From a virus (Duplodnaviria; Heunggongvirae; Uroviricota; Caudoviricetes): a stretch of 64,000 nucleotides of DNA. The position numbers and the translations under genes were made by a program. The stretch covers positions 7,343 to 71,342 of IMG/VR virus record IMGVR_UViG_3300045450_000050; one strand, written 5' to 3'. Below the pieces are notes generated by a model. It had not been told where the DNA came from, did not search any database, and saw only the letters and a program-made list of their open reading frames with translations. Shown one piece after another: positions 35,101 through 44,028 of the stretch (position 1 is its first letter; every line of letters starts with the position of its first letter).

Positions 35101-37509
35101 GGACTTCTTGCTGATACCCGAACGCAGATTCCCGAACTGAAGACGACCATCGTGGATGGCCTGGAAGAGGCTGGCGTTGTTCTCGCCGAAGGAGTTGTAA
35201 CCGCGTCCGCCGTCGCCGACGAGGAACATGAACCCGCCGAAGTCCTCCTCGTCCCGCGTGCGCGTGAGGACGACCATGGCCTCGCGGCCACCGTTCTGGG
35301 ATGCAGGCACGGTAAGTGTGACCTGCTGGCCGGGCTCCATCTCGCGGAGGTGGCGGTAGTCGCTGATCTGGTCGCCACGACGGTACTGCGCGAGGTCGCT
35401 GATCTGGCGGGGAGGAGCGATGTCGCTCTCGGTCATCTCGCTCTCGGGAACCGAGGAGATCGAGACACGGTTGGTCGCGAGGGCAGGCTTCAGCGACGAG
35501 CCGGGCAGGCGGATGTTGTCCGCCGTCTGCACGCGGCCCTGACCGACAACGATGAGATCCTCGTCGCGCTCGTTGCGCCCATTGCCGCGCATGCGCAGGC
35601 GGGTGCCGATCTTCTGGGCGAGCAGGTCGCCCATAGAGCGCAGCTTGTCTCCGATGCTCCAGCGCTCCTTCGAGGGCGTCTGGAAGTCCTGGTTCGGAAC
35701 GTGCCACATGTCGAGGCCCGACGCGGCCAACGTCTCTGCGGGAATGCCGTCGACCGCCAGGCCATCCTGCATCTCCAGACGGAAGGTGCCGTCCTCGTGG
35801 CGTGTGCCCGTGAACTGCGAGCCAGCCGAGTCAGTGAACACGACCGAGTCAGCGGGGCGTACGTCCTCGAAGTCGTCGATGCCACCGAGCTTGCGCGTGG
35901 CACCCACGGGGCGTCCATCCGCCTCGGGAGCGTTGCGGGCGACGACGGTGATGTCGCTCTCCACGTCGCTCTCGCCGACGAAGTCGTTGCCGACCGTGCC
36001 CAGGGGGCTCTCCCAGCCGTCCTCGGTGCGTGTGACGAGCATGCCATCCGACGTGGTGGCGGCAGACCCAGGCTGTGCCTTCTCGGCGAAGTCCTGCGTC
36101 GTGGGTTCGCCGGGGGCAGGCATGCCTTCCACGACCTCAGGGGCCTCAGGCTCCTCGCGCTCGGCGGGTTCCTCAGGCACCTCTGCCCCGCGGCGCTCGC
36201 GCTCGGCGGCAAGGTCCTTGCGACGCTGGCGTGCCTCGCGGCGCGAGATCATCCCGGCGCGCAGAGCGTCGTCGATGTCTGCGAGAACGTCTTCCAGCTC
36301 CTGGTCGCCCAGCTCGCTTGCGTCGAGATCCGTGGTGTCGCGGGGCTCGTCGGGCTCGGGCGGCGACTGTGTACGAGCAACCACGTCGTCACGATTCGCG
36401 AACGACTCGTTGTCCGACGAATACTCCATGGAGTCGTTGACGCGGTTGCGGCGCACGGAGACGCGGCGACCGTTGACATCGCCTTCAGCAGTGCCGGTAG
36501 GACGCTTGCGCGACAGCTCTTCCAGGTCCGCGAGCTGCTGATCAGAAGACGGCTTGGCCGACGCAGCCGTGTTGTCGCGAGCGCGCTGCTCGCGCACCTG
36601 TGCTGCCTTGGCGGCGGGCTTCGATGGCACGGGCGGACGTGCCGGAGCCTCCTCCAGATCTGGCTGGCGGTCTGGGACAGGAGCGGCGTCCATCTCCGGC
36701 TGGCGTGGCTGATCCACGTCCGCCTCAGGCGCGTCGGGCTCGGTGCCGTCAGGACCGCCCGGAGCGTCAGCCTGGGCGAACTCCTGCTCGATACGCTCGT
36801 TGTTGCGACGCAGCTCCAGCTCGGCGGCGTTGACTGCGTTGTCGTCCAGGCCCGCGGCACGCAGGCCGTCCGCGATCTCGTTGATGCGCTCGTCGGACAA
36901 GTAGCCCGGCATGTCTTCGAGGTTGTCGGGACGGAACGAGTCGACATTGGGCCCGTCCCCCTCCGAAGCCTCTGCCTCACCCAGGTTGGGGTTGGGCTCG
37001 TCGGGAATCCAAACCGCGCTGCGGTCGTCGTCCAGCTCCTCGTTCAGCTCACGCTCCAGCTCACCCTCGAACTCGAAGGCGTTGCCCTTGTCCGTGATGC
37101 CGACGAGCTGGTAGTCGGGGGTGCGCACGATGGCGAAATTCTGGTACTTCTCCGAGCGGAAGGCGCGCGAACCCTCAGGGAAGCTGAAGCCCTTGTCACC
37201 GATGGCGATCTTCTTCGGGCCATCGGGCGTCACCTTGCGTGGTGCAGGCCCCGTACGGATCGAGTTCACGACCTCGCTGGAGGTGCGGCGCGTGCGGCCC
37301 GCGGCAGGCGGCTTGGAACCGAAGCGAGCATCGTCCTCGGGAACGGTGTATCCACGGCCACGAGCCTTGGCACGGGCGACGGCGTCGGCGGTGATAGGCG
37401 CGCCGATGGGCAGGCCGTACTTCTCTGCACCCTCGGGAGTGCGGACGTAGCGCGTCCCTGCCTTGCCGGAACGTCCCCACGATCCAGGACGGGGAGTCGA
37501 CTTAGCCAT
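32185..37509 (-). CDS. giant modular virion-associated protein with internal repeats and C-terminal GNAT-like domain
   Basis: 1774 aa in head module; see findings. Confidence 0.85.
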   Translation of the reverse strand: MAKSTPRPGSWGRSGKAGTRYVRTPEGAEKYGLPIGAPITADAVARAKARGRGYTVPEDDARFGSKPPAAGRTRRTSSEVVNSIRTGPAPRKVTPDGPKKIAIGDKGFSFPEGSRAFRSEKYQNFAIVRTPDYQLVGITDKGNAFEFEGELERELNEELDDDRSAVWIPDEPNPNLGEAEASEGDGPNVDSFRPDNLEDMPGYLSDERINEIADGLRAAGLDDNAVNAAELELRRNNERIEQEFAQADAPGGPDGTEPDAPEADVDQPRQPEMDAAPVPDRQPDLEEAPARPPVPSKPAAKAAQVREQRARDNTAASAKPSSDQQLADLEELSRKRPTGTAEGDVNGRRVSVRRNRVNDSMEYSSDNESFANRDDVVARTQSPPEPDEPRDTTDLDASELGDQELEDVLADIDDALRAGMISRREARQRRKDLAAERERRGAEVPEEPAEREEPEAPEVVEGMPAPGEPTTQDFAEKAQPGSAATTSDGMLVTRTEDGWESPLGTVGNDFVGESDVESDITVVARNAPEADGRPVGATRKLGGIDDFEDVRPADSVVFTDSAGSQFTGTRHEDGTFRLEMQDGLAVDGIPAETLAASGLDMWHVPNQDFQTPSKERWSIGDKLRSMGDLLAQKIGTRLRMRGNGRNERDEDLIVVGQGRVQTADNIRLPGSSLKPALATNRVSISSVPESEMTESDIAPPRQISDLAQYRRGDQISDYRHLREMEPGQQVTLTVPASQNGGREAMVVLTRTRDEEDFGGFMFLVGDGGRGYNSFGENNASLFQAIHDGRLQFGNLRSGISKKSKIFGADWGRDKTIEAWDGGPKVSEYDLRTFIASQVASRAMQGAYFNTSLLPDDSPFRSKAFRDAFAQKAIEKYSVEGNPARHKPAMIRLAAEKLGIEYTDPGSTLIPDNLTLEDFNRRVTLGRWLRSTGTSAEANMGPEQIDVTAADIKTALAVLDNMQQSDDQGDPDKILKRVFARQGSPLQDLNVAVAIASYFRMKRYKDGQGRAMTTIARQYDKRRNRELLRQMLREQLEGREPGYYGIPEDETYERNGQTFHNRSSLRAPAPDTSVAPVTEEVVEPEVAVPEEPLDRMDVLDDYDNVRDAFLDARQQGDSVAYIREVLGEEEIARMNSGQGSIRQSFTRAWNQRNGVAEADTPATPEAPAAPERAFPMEPSRRQELDQMSWEDAWRDAQAKNDVLNYIEDVMGPEGVSALNDGSVSMRAQFVRAFEQANPDTYMEGRAPAPANTSPSRGETVDAARIEELPVGSVILYPRRSGGTSRYTRRADGWYTERGNQVRGNPAEWNTRFTVESTPDAPAERVPDVSSTPRTAETTAGDPRFAQGGSFRGSDIRQAPVGSHVRGASGREYRVTETGIHGLGSDTTYHGFPVVERLNAQFTFVGDTAPDEPVSAIAQTMPDSRIGASFDPTDLMSLPRDSFVRSSTGTMWRIDGTYLTSVPGGQRRRIRNLRPGTYTFLGDSPASVPTQRTATASAGRTLEQAGLSRVPQDVVERYDIPRALPEVRFDTADSRDWATMARTDEGIRELQKGLRAALKGALPEGTVIDVSAGPAMFTASYTTPDGKSGSMTRVLRGNGRIENAVAHAGGANFAAVQDHLFAFYRQHGLTEVEVHGLSSRGWNGAHTWIRRGFRPDPQREVQNFSAFSKLRDNLSRIVQRTERGEFPNYTEFLDEAKDLSRRMTELLNERQNLTLDERNDRLYRMWRELTYLGEVRDASGQTARGARRSIGWLLLGNQSSETWYYGLRNLDDYFQN

Positions 37510-37540
37510 GTGCTCGCCTCATTTTCGGATTCGGAAGACT

Positions 37541-37774
37541 CTAGGAGTCCCGCAGAGTTGCGCCGGGAGTATCGGCCACAAGCTCCGAAACCTCATCGAT
37601 CTCCCCTTCGAGCAGCAGACCCAGGGTCAAGATGCGCTCTGGTGAACGCCCCGTGATGCGGTATTTCTGCTTCGTCGTGCGCGCATGCATCATCACCACC
37701 AGCAGGGCTTCTGCGGCAGCGAGGTACGTAGTGAAGGTGAAGCGGGCGGTCTTGCTCTCGAACGTCTTCATCAT
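37541..37774 (-). CDS. small hypothetical protein
   Basis: ATG overlaps MuF stop (ATGA); 77 aa. Confidence 0.55.
   Translation of the reverse strand: MMKTFESKTARFTFTTYLAAAEALLVVMMHARTTKQKYRITGRSPERILTLGLLLEGEIDEVSELVADTPGATLRDS
37567..37575 (-). promoter_or_regulatory. late-promoter motif upstream of giant protein
   Basis: Exact CCGATACTC 57 nt upstream of 37509 ATG. Confidence 0.68.
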
Positions 37775-38565
37775 CGTCTCCGGAGGAAAGAGATCAGCTT
37801 GCGCAGGCCGCGCGTGAACATCCCGAAGAGGCCAGCGTCCATCGCCTGGATCTCCTCCGTCGTGATGGTGTCGTTGTCTGTCTCGATGGGCTCGTCGAGA
37901 TCGAAAGAGTCGAAGAAATTGTCGAAGCGTACGTGCAGCATGACGAGACGGCACTTGCATCGAGGATGTCGGGGTGGCCCCTTCAGGTCGCCGTAGATCT
38001 TCAGCTTGTTCTCGTCGGTGACGAAGTCGTCGTCCAGGGGCACCTCTGTGCCATGTAGAGCGGCGCAGAACTCGCAGGGAGTGTTGTTGACGAAGTTCGC
38101 GACCCAGAGCTTGCGCAGACGAAAACCGAAGTCCTCCAGCTCGCGGCTGGCCTCCAGGACGGCATCGGTGTATCCACGGGTGGCGGCTACGCCTGCGCTG
38201 TGAGCCACGCGAGAGACCGCGCGGCGACGAGCAACCTCGTCGCGCTCGCTCGCCTTGTAGTCGCGAAGGTTGCGGCGAACGTCAGCCAGCAGCTCTGTCA
38301 GATACGCCGTGTTGAAGACGCCTACCGGCTTCCAGTCGGGGATGCCTGCCTGCTGAACGGTGTATGCCACACCTACCGCCGCAGCAGAACGGTAGGCCTC
38401 CCGGATGATGCGCTCCAGCCGGTGTCGGATGGTCTGCGCATCCTCATCCCCCGCATCCCAGGCGTCAAACGCCTCAGTGACGGCGCGACGGACAGACTCC
38501 TCTAGAGCCCGTACAGCGAGATGAGCTACGCGGGAGTCTTCGATCTGTCGCGCGAAGCCCGCCAT
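37771..38565 (-). CDS. MuF-like head morphogenesis protein
   Basis: TPCEFCAALHG ... PPRHPRCKCRL; directly after portal. Confidence 0.85.
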   Translation of the reverse strand: MAGFARQIEDSRVAHLAVRALEESVRRAVTEAFDAWDAGDEDAQTIRHRLERIIREAYRSAAAVGVAYTVQQAGIPDWKPVGVFNTAYLTELLADVRRNLRDYKASERDEVARRRAVSRVAHSAGVAATRGYTDAVLEASRELEDFGFRLRKLWVANFVNNTPCEFCAALHGTEVPLDDDFVTDENKLKIYGDLKGPPRHPRCKCRLVMLHVRFDNFFDSFDLDEPIETDNDTITTEEIQAMDAGLFGMFTRGLRKLISFLRRR

Positions 38566-38567
38566 GA

Positions 38568-38894
38568 TCAGTCCTTGGTGCCAGACTTCTTGCCGATGGC
38601 CTGATCTGCTCGGCCACGAGAGGCGACGAGGCTCTTCAGGTTGTCCATGAGCTGGTTGCTCGTCGAATACTCCTTGACAGCGACCGTGAACTGCTCCTGG
38701 ATGTCTCGCATGGCGTCGAGATTGCCGGTCTTCTTGGCGATGGCGAACTGACGCTGAAGCGAGGCCAGACGGACCTGCGTCATCGGGCGCACAGTACGCA
38801 CAACGTCAGGGCTCGTGCGGTCCTCGATGACAGTGCCGATGGGCACGCCGAACAGACGTGCTCCCTCGACCGTACGAACGCGACGCTCAGCCAT
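38568..38894 (-). CDS. small head-module protein with VRTxEGA..G.PIG N-terminal motif
   Basis: Start MAERRVRT at 38894 overlapping portal end. Confidence 0.75.
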   Translation of the reverse strand: MAERRVRTVEGARLFGVPIGTVIEDRTSPDVVRTVRPMTQVRLASLQRQFAIAKKTGNLDAMRDIQEQFTVAVKEYSTSNQLMDNLKSLVASRGRADQAIGKKSGTKD

Positions 38895-40632
38895 CTCGGA
38901 AGTCCTCTCCCACGCTGAGCATGACCATCTGGTCAGCCCAGTCGATCTGCTCATCAGTCAGACCGATGACGTTCTTCTTGGCCTTGGGCTTGCGCGGATC
39001 TGCGCCTCCCGCTGGGGCCTGCGGCGAGCGCGCCTGAATGGCAGAGCCTGGACGAGCCCCCGGCTTCTTGCCTGGGGGCGTAGGTGGCCCAGAAGAGGCT
39101 GCGGCGTTGGCAACGGCCACATCCGACTCCATGTCCACGCGAGCAGCCATGAGAGCGGCGATATCGACAGGCTCCGTGACTTCGCCCTCAATGCCGGGCG
39201 GCACTGCGGCCATGCCTGCGTCAGTGCCGGGCATGACCGGGTTGCCGTTTGCGTCGAGTGGTCCGTTCATAGCCAGCTCGTTTGCCTTCTCCTCGGCCTC
39301 ACGAGCTTCCACGGCCTCCCAGTCCACATCGATACCGAACTCATCGGCCTGGTGCTGCTCCAGTGCGCGGACGAACTCCGGCGTGATGGTCTGTGCCGAA
39401 GCGAGCTTGTCGAACGTGGCCGAGATCGCAGCCTTCTGCTCGTCGGAGAGCTTGCCCCACGTGAACTTCGGGTTCTTGCCCGTGTCGAAGTTCCACTCGA
39501 TGAGCTGCGGGATGATGTAGTGGTTGATCTGATTCGCGATCTCGTCCATGATCGTGCGCAGCATGAGCAGGAACATGTCGTCGCCGGGCTGAGCGAAGTT
39601 GACCAGCGAGCCCTCGTTCTGGCCCTTGCCGGTCTCCTGGTCGAAGAAGCCCGCCAGGATCGACTTCGACATCTGGTTGTTGTGGTGGTTGATCATCCCC
39701 AGGAAGTCGTAGCTGGCGTTCTCGTTCTTCACCTCCAGCTCGAAGCCCTCGGGGATCATGATCGACTGGGCGAACACGAGATCGTTCAGAGCCTTCCGGA
39801 ACTCTGCCTTGGCCGCGGGCGTAGCAGAGCCGGGGACCGTACCGATACGCGTACCCACGGCGGCGCGCTGGCCAGCCATGTGCGCATTGAAGTAGGTCTT
39901 GATCTTCTTGTCGTAGTGGTAGTACGCCGCCTGGAAGAAGGACACGCCGTAGAACTTGCGCTCTTCCTCCTGGGCCGCGTAGTAGAACGCGTAGGTGGGA
40001 TCGACGTACGCCTCGATGCTCTGCCCGTAGGTGTGCGTGCGCTGCTTGAACCCAGCGAAGCCACCCTGCTTGTCGGCGACGAAGGTCACTGTTTCGGAGG
40101 GGCGGTAGGCCAGCTTCTTCAGCGTGATCTTGCCGTCCAGTGGTCCGCGGCCGGGAATCCAGAAGACCTTCTCGAAGGCGCTGAAGCCGTCGAACAAAGC
40201 CTTCAAGAGCTGAGCCATGAAGCTGTGGAAGGTGACCGTCATGCCACCGCTGGAGGGAGGCAGCTCGAAGACGTTGCGGATGTACTCCGCCTCCTGCTCA
40301 CCGTCCTCGTCCGCGACGAACTCAGAGTTCGTGAGAGCTGCACGCAGAGGCAGCACGAGCAGACGATAGAGAGCGCGGGCCTGGCCGTCCATGCGGCGCA
40401 TGGTGACGAGCTGCGCCACGGTTGGTCCGTAGACATCCGCGTCCTCGCGCATGACCTCGTTCAGGTCAGGCTCGACCTTGCCGCGCGTGCGCTCGGGCGC
40501 AGCCCCGGTGAAAGGAGTTGTGAACGGCAGCGAGCTGTCAACACCGACTTCAACGCCGAGAGCCTCGACAGGAGGACGTGGCGTGGGAGCCGAAGCCTGG
40601 TCTGGACTGGAATCAGAAGTGTTCGTAGCCAC
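38887..40632 (-). CDS. portal protein (Mu gp29/DUF935-like)
   Basis: 581 aa after terminase; ALFDGFSAFEKV, YGVSFFQAAYY, LIEWNF. Confidence 0.88.
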   Translation of the reverse strand: MATNTSDSSPDQASAPTPRPPVEALGVEVGVDSSLPFTTPFTGAAPERTRGKVEPDLNEVMREDADVYGPTVAQLVTMRRMDGQARALYRLLVLPLRAALTNSEFVADEDGEQEAEYIRNVFELPPSSGGMTVTFHSFMAQLLKALFDGFSAFEKVFWIPGRGPLDGKITLKKLAYRPSETVTFVADKQGGFAGFKQRTHTYGQSIEAYVDPTYAFYYAAQEEERKFYGVSFFQAAYYHYDKKIKTYFNAHMAGQRAAVGTRIGTVPGSATPAAKAEFRKALNDLVFAQSIMIPEGFELEVKNENASYDFLGMINHHNNQMSKSILAGFFDQETGKGQNEGSLVNFAQPGDDMFLLMLRTIMDEIANQINHYIIPQLIEWNFDTGKNPKFTWGKLSDEQKAAISATFDKLASAQTITPEFVRALEQHQADEFGIDVDWEAVEAREAEEKANELAMNGPLDANGNPVMPGTDAGMAAVPPGIEGEVTEPVDIAALMAARVDMESDVAVANAAASSGPPTPPGKKPGARPGSAIQARSPQAPAGGADPRKPKAKKNVIGLTDEQIDWADQMVMLSVGEDFRDG

Positions 40633-42508
40633 CGCTGAACACCTCCTTCATTCCGATAGGGAGAGCTACTCCACCCTCGAAGCCCCCGCCCATCATATAG
40701 TCCATGCCTTCAAGTGCGGTTGTTGCATCGCCCACGTCGATGGTGTACGTCTGCACGTCGAACGTGGCTCCATTGGGGTCTTCGCCACCGCCCAGAATCA
40801 AGGCTCCGTTGACCGAGCACGCGAACGCGTCAGCCTCGTCCTTGGACCCTGCGGGCGGATGATCGACCTTCTTGCCGTCGACACGCGAGAGGGCTTCCAG
40901 CTCGTTCTGGAGGAGCTGACTGAAGGGCATGAGCAGGCGCGCCTCGGAAGCCACATCCTTCAGCGTCTTCCAGATGTCCGGGTCGGTGTCCGTCGACATC
41001 TTCTTGGACTCGATGCCGTGCATGAGCAGAATCTGGATGGCGTCTGTCGACTGGTAGCCGTCGAACGTGAACGACCCTACGGAGAAGCCGCGCTTGATCA
41101 GCTCGAATGCCAGATCGCGCACCCAGGTGATCTGAATCTCCCGAGGAGCCGAAGCACCTGTGAGGGGATGCAGTGCACCTACGTCGGCAGAGAGCGAGAT
41201 CGTGAAGTCGTTGCGGACGATGGGAGCCATGGTCTGCACGGAGGAGACGAAGCCATCCTCGTCCAGGACCTCGTCGGTGCGCTCGACCCAGGAGGCGACG
41301 TGACTCATCGATACACCTGCGCGGTCGCCCTTGATGGCCAGGTCCGCGTGGATCGCGTAGCGGGCCCCTGCGATGGCCTTGAAGTCGTCCGCGAAGTTGA
41401 AGATGGCCTTCCACCCCTGCACGCGAGCGCCGGTCTGTGGCGAGACGAACGTCGTCATGCGGTAGTCGACGGTGATCGGCTGCTCCGGCGCGACGACGGC
41501 CTGGGTGAAGATGACGGGGTTTCGGAAGTAGGCGTCGGTGGCTCGCGAGGGCTTGCACTCGTAGCGAGCTGCGGCCTCATCCGGGTCCTCGCGGTACTTG
41601 GCCGCGAAGTCCTCCTTGGTCTTGGTCGGGTTGACCTCCCACGTGGCGTAAGGGCCCGACGCGAAGAAGACCGAACTGCGGTCGCCGTACTTCTCGATGT
41701 CGGCCTTGGCCTCGTGCGTGAGGCGCTGGATCGTCGAACCCAGGTAGCGAGGAAACGAGATGGCGATGCGCTTGTAGTTCGAGGGGAATCGCGACATGGC
41801 CGAAGACTCGATCATGTTCAGGATCGACTCGGCAGAGGTCGAGGCCTCGCGCGCCTTGTTGCCCTGGCCGACCATCTCACCCTTGGCCTTGAAAGCGTCG
41901 ATCTCGTCGGCAACGCCGAGCAGGATGTTCAAACCTTCCTGGCTCTCAGCGTCCGAGTGACCCGAGATGGCTTGAACGTTCTTGGCGTAGTTGATCGTGT
42001 CGCGCTTGGGGTCGGCGTACTGACTCATGAACCCACGAGTGACCATCTTGGCCAGCGGGTCGAAGAACGCGCGCGACGCCTGGGCGGCGTTGACGGCGAT
42101 GTTGAGGAGATGGATCGAGTCGTCCAGGGGCATGCCGAAGTAGGCCTGCGGGCTCTTCAGGCACATCAGCAGGTACGCCACGCGAGCCGAGATGACGCGC
42201 ACGGTGGAGTCCTTGCCGCCGCCCTTGCCCCACTGGGCGACGATGCTGTTCTTCATCGGGATGGGGTCCGCCCAGTAGCCGCCGAACTCGACAGCCATCT
42301 GGTCGAACAGCGACTGCTGGTACACGCGCTCCCCGACGCGCACCAGCTCGATCTGCTTGGGCGAGAGCATCCAGTCCGCACCGAGGAACGCCTTGTCCCT
42401 GATGAAGACTTCGAGGCTGACGGGCTCGTGCTCGAAGATGTCAGAGAGAGGCTTGGGAGCCTCGTACTCTGCATCCTCGAACAGACCGTTCGAGATCTTC
42501 AGCGCCAT
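40613..42508 (-). CDS. terminase large subunit
   Basis: WGKGGGKDS (Walker A), GVADEID (Walker B), IHADLA / FDG / KDEADA nuclease acidic residues. Confidence 0.93.
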   Translation of the reverse strand: MALKISNGLFEDAEYEAPKPLSDIFEHEPVSLEVFIRDKAFLGADWMLSPKQIELVRVGERVYQQSLFDQMAVEFGGYWADPIPMKNSIVAQWGKGGGKDSTVRVISARVAYLLMCLKSPQAYFGMPLDDSIHLLNIAVNAAQASRAFFDPLAKMVTRGFMSQYADPKRDTINYAKNVQAISGHSDAESQEGLNILLGVADEIDAFKAKGEMVGQGNKAREASTSAESILNMIESSAMSRFPSNYKRIAISFPRYLGSTIQRLTHEAKADIEKYGDRSSVFFASGPYATWEVNPTKTKEDFAAKYREDPDEAAARYECKPSRATDAYFRNPVIFTQAVVAPEQPITVDYRMTTFVSPQTGARVQGWKAIFNFADDFKAIAGARYAIHADLAIKGDRAGVSMSHVASWVERTDEVLDEDGFVSSVQTMAPIVRNDFTISLSADVGALHPLTGASAPREIQITWVRDLAFELIKRGFSVGSFTFDGYQSTDAIQILLMHGIESKKMSTDTDPDIWKTLKDVASEARLLMPFSQLLQNELEALSRVDGKKVDHPPAGSKDEADAFACSVNGALILGGGEDPNGATFDVQTYTIDVGDATTALEGMDYMMGGGFEGGVALPIGMKEVFSGGYEHF

Positions 42509-42509
42509 G

Positions 42510-43187
42510 TCACTCCCCGATCAGGTCGGAGAGCAAATTCGTCTCGTTGTCAGTCAGTTCGTCGGTGAGCTTCACGGCAGTGTCCTCGGCATCGACCCAG
42601 GCCTGCTCGACCTTGGCGGGGTTGCCGAAGATCACATCGCCGCTCTCGACGACGTAAGGCACCTTGACGTACGTCGTGCCGCGCATGCCATCGCCCTCCT
42701 GCTCCACGATGATGTGGTCGTTCCACAGTTCGCGAATCCAGGAGTAGTCGTACGGGGCCTCTGGCCCGCGGGCGCGTCGGTTGGCGGACTGGAGCCCGTC
42801 CCACGCACGTCGCACCTTGTCGGTGTTGAACGAGGCGTCCGACAGCATGAGGTACTTGCCCTCGTCGGGGTAGGGCGTGAGCTTGACCTTGCCCGCCTTG
42901 TTGCCTGCCTTCAGCTTCTCCCACTTGGCGAGCGCGGCTGCGGCCTTCGCCTTGGTGTCGGCGTCTACCCCGTCACCACCCGCTGCCCACTTCTTGATGC
43001 GCGAGATCGCGATAGCGATGGCCTGAGACTTGCTCTTGCCGGTCTTCATGATGGCGCGAGCGAGCTTGCGGACGTAGGGAGGCAGGCCCCCGCCACGCTC
43101 GACCCAGTTCTCCTTGGGCGACTCGTCCAGGGAGGCAGAGGAGGTGGCGAGGACCAGCAGGTCCTTGTCCTCGTAATCGAGGGACAT
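42510..43187 (-). CDS. hypothetical head-module protein
   Basis: 225 aa; NWVERGGGLPPYVRKLARAI..SQAIAIAI motif. Confidence 0.8.
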   Translation of the reverse strand: MSLDYEDKDLLVLATSSASLDESPKENWVERGGGLPPYVRKLARAIMKTGKSKSQAIAIAISRIKKWAAGGDGVDADTKAKAAAALAKWEKLKAGNKAGKVKLTPYPDEGKYLMLSDASFNTDKVRRAWDGLQSANRRARGPEAPYDYSWIRELWNDHIIVEQEGDGMRGTTYVKVPYVVESGDVIFGNPAKVEQAWVDAEDTAVKLTDELTDNETNLLSDLIGE

Positions 43188-43190
43188 GAA

Positions 43191-43547
43191 TCAGTTCTCC
43201 TTGGCGTCCACGACGACGGTCGAGTTGCCGTCCTTCGAGGCCTTGGCGATCTTCTCCGGCTCGAAGTCGGCGACGCCGCGCAGCTCGGGGTCGTGGTCGC
43301 CCTCGCGACGGGTGTTGATGCCGTCCTCGCTGAGCGTGAGCGCGGCGGAGGGGTTCTCGGGGTTGTTGTGCTCGGTGAGGCTGCTCTGGGCGAACGGCGA
43401 GGACTCGGGCTCGCGACCGAGACGCTCCAGCTCGTCAGCGTAGGTGTTGCCGTTGACGAGCTTCTCGCCCTTGTAGAGCTGGTTCGACAGCACCTTGTCG
43501 CCCCGCTTGTTGATCTTCTCGATGGAGTAGTCGTAGTCGATGGTCAT
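43191..43547 (-). CDS. hypothetical protein
   Basis: 118 aa with AAGGAG RBS. Confidence 0.75.
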   Translation of the reverse strand: MTIDYDYSIEKINKRGDKVLSNQLYKGEKLVNGNTYADELERLGREPESSPFAQSSLTEHNNPENPSAALTLSEDGINTRREGDHDPELRGVADFEPEKIAKASKDGNSTVVVDAKEN

Positions 43548-43562
43548 GATCTCTCTCCTTGC

Positions 43563-44009
43563 TCAGTAGCCCTTGGAGCTGAACTGCTCCTTCAGGAAGC
43601 GCACGACTTCCTTGCGGTTCTCGTCGTCGCGTACCTTCTTGACGGCAGCGTTCGTGATCTGGATGAAGTCGTTGACGATGCCCTCGGAGATCTTCTCCTT
43701 GTTGTCCTTCAGGACCTGACGCCACTCAGCCATCAGCGAGATCCACTGGGCCTTGGCATCCTTGCGCGAGTTCGCGCCGGGCCAGGTGTCGGTGTCGTCG
43801 CGGTACTTCATCTCGACGAAGTCGGCGGCGATCTGCGCGAGCAGCAGGAGCTGATTGGTCTCCATGGGGATGCCCTCAGCCTCGCGGCGCATGCGAGCGA
43901 CGATCTCGTCGTACAGCTCTCTCAGGGCCTCGTTCTCGCGGATGTGCGCAGGCGGCGTGAACGCATGGGCCATCCGATCCACGGGCGCAGTATCGAGAGG
44001 ACTCGTCAT
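43563..44009 (-). CDS. possible terminase small subunit
   Basis: First gene after late-promoter motif; helical 148 aa; three genes upstream of TerL; call is by position only. Confidence 0.5.
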   Translation of the reverse strand: MTSPLDTAPVDRMAHAFTPPAHIRENEALRELYDEIVARMRREAEGIPMETNQLLLLAQIAADFVEMKYRDDTDTWPGANSRKDAKAQWISLMAEWRQVLKDNKEKISEGIVNDFIQITNAAVKKVRDDENRKEVVRFLKEQFSSKGY

Positions 44010-44014
44010 GCACT

Positions 44015-44023
44015 GAGTATCGG
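44015..44023 (-). promoter_or_regulatory. late-promoter motif at head of morphogenesis operon, leaderless
   Basis: CCGATACTC-AGTGC-ATG, same 5-nt spacing as at 31835. Confidence 0.72.
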
Positions 44024-44028
44024 CCGCG

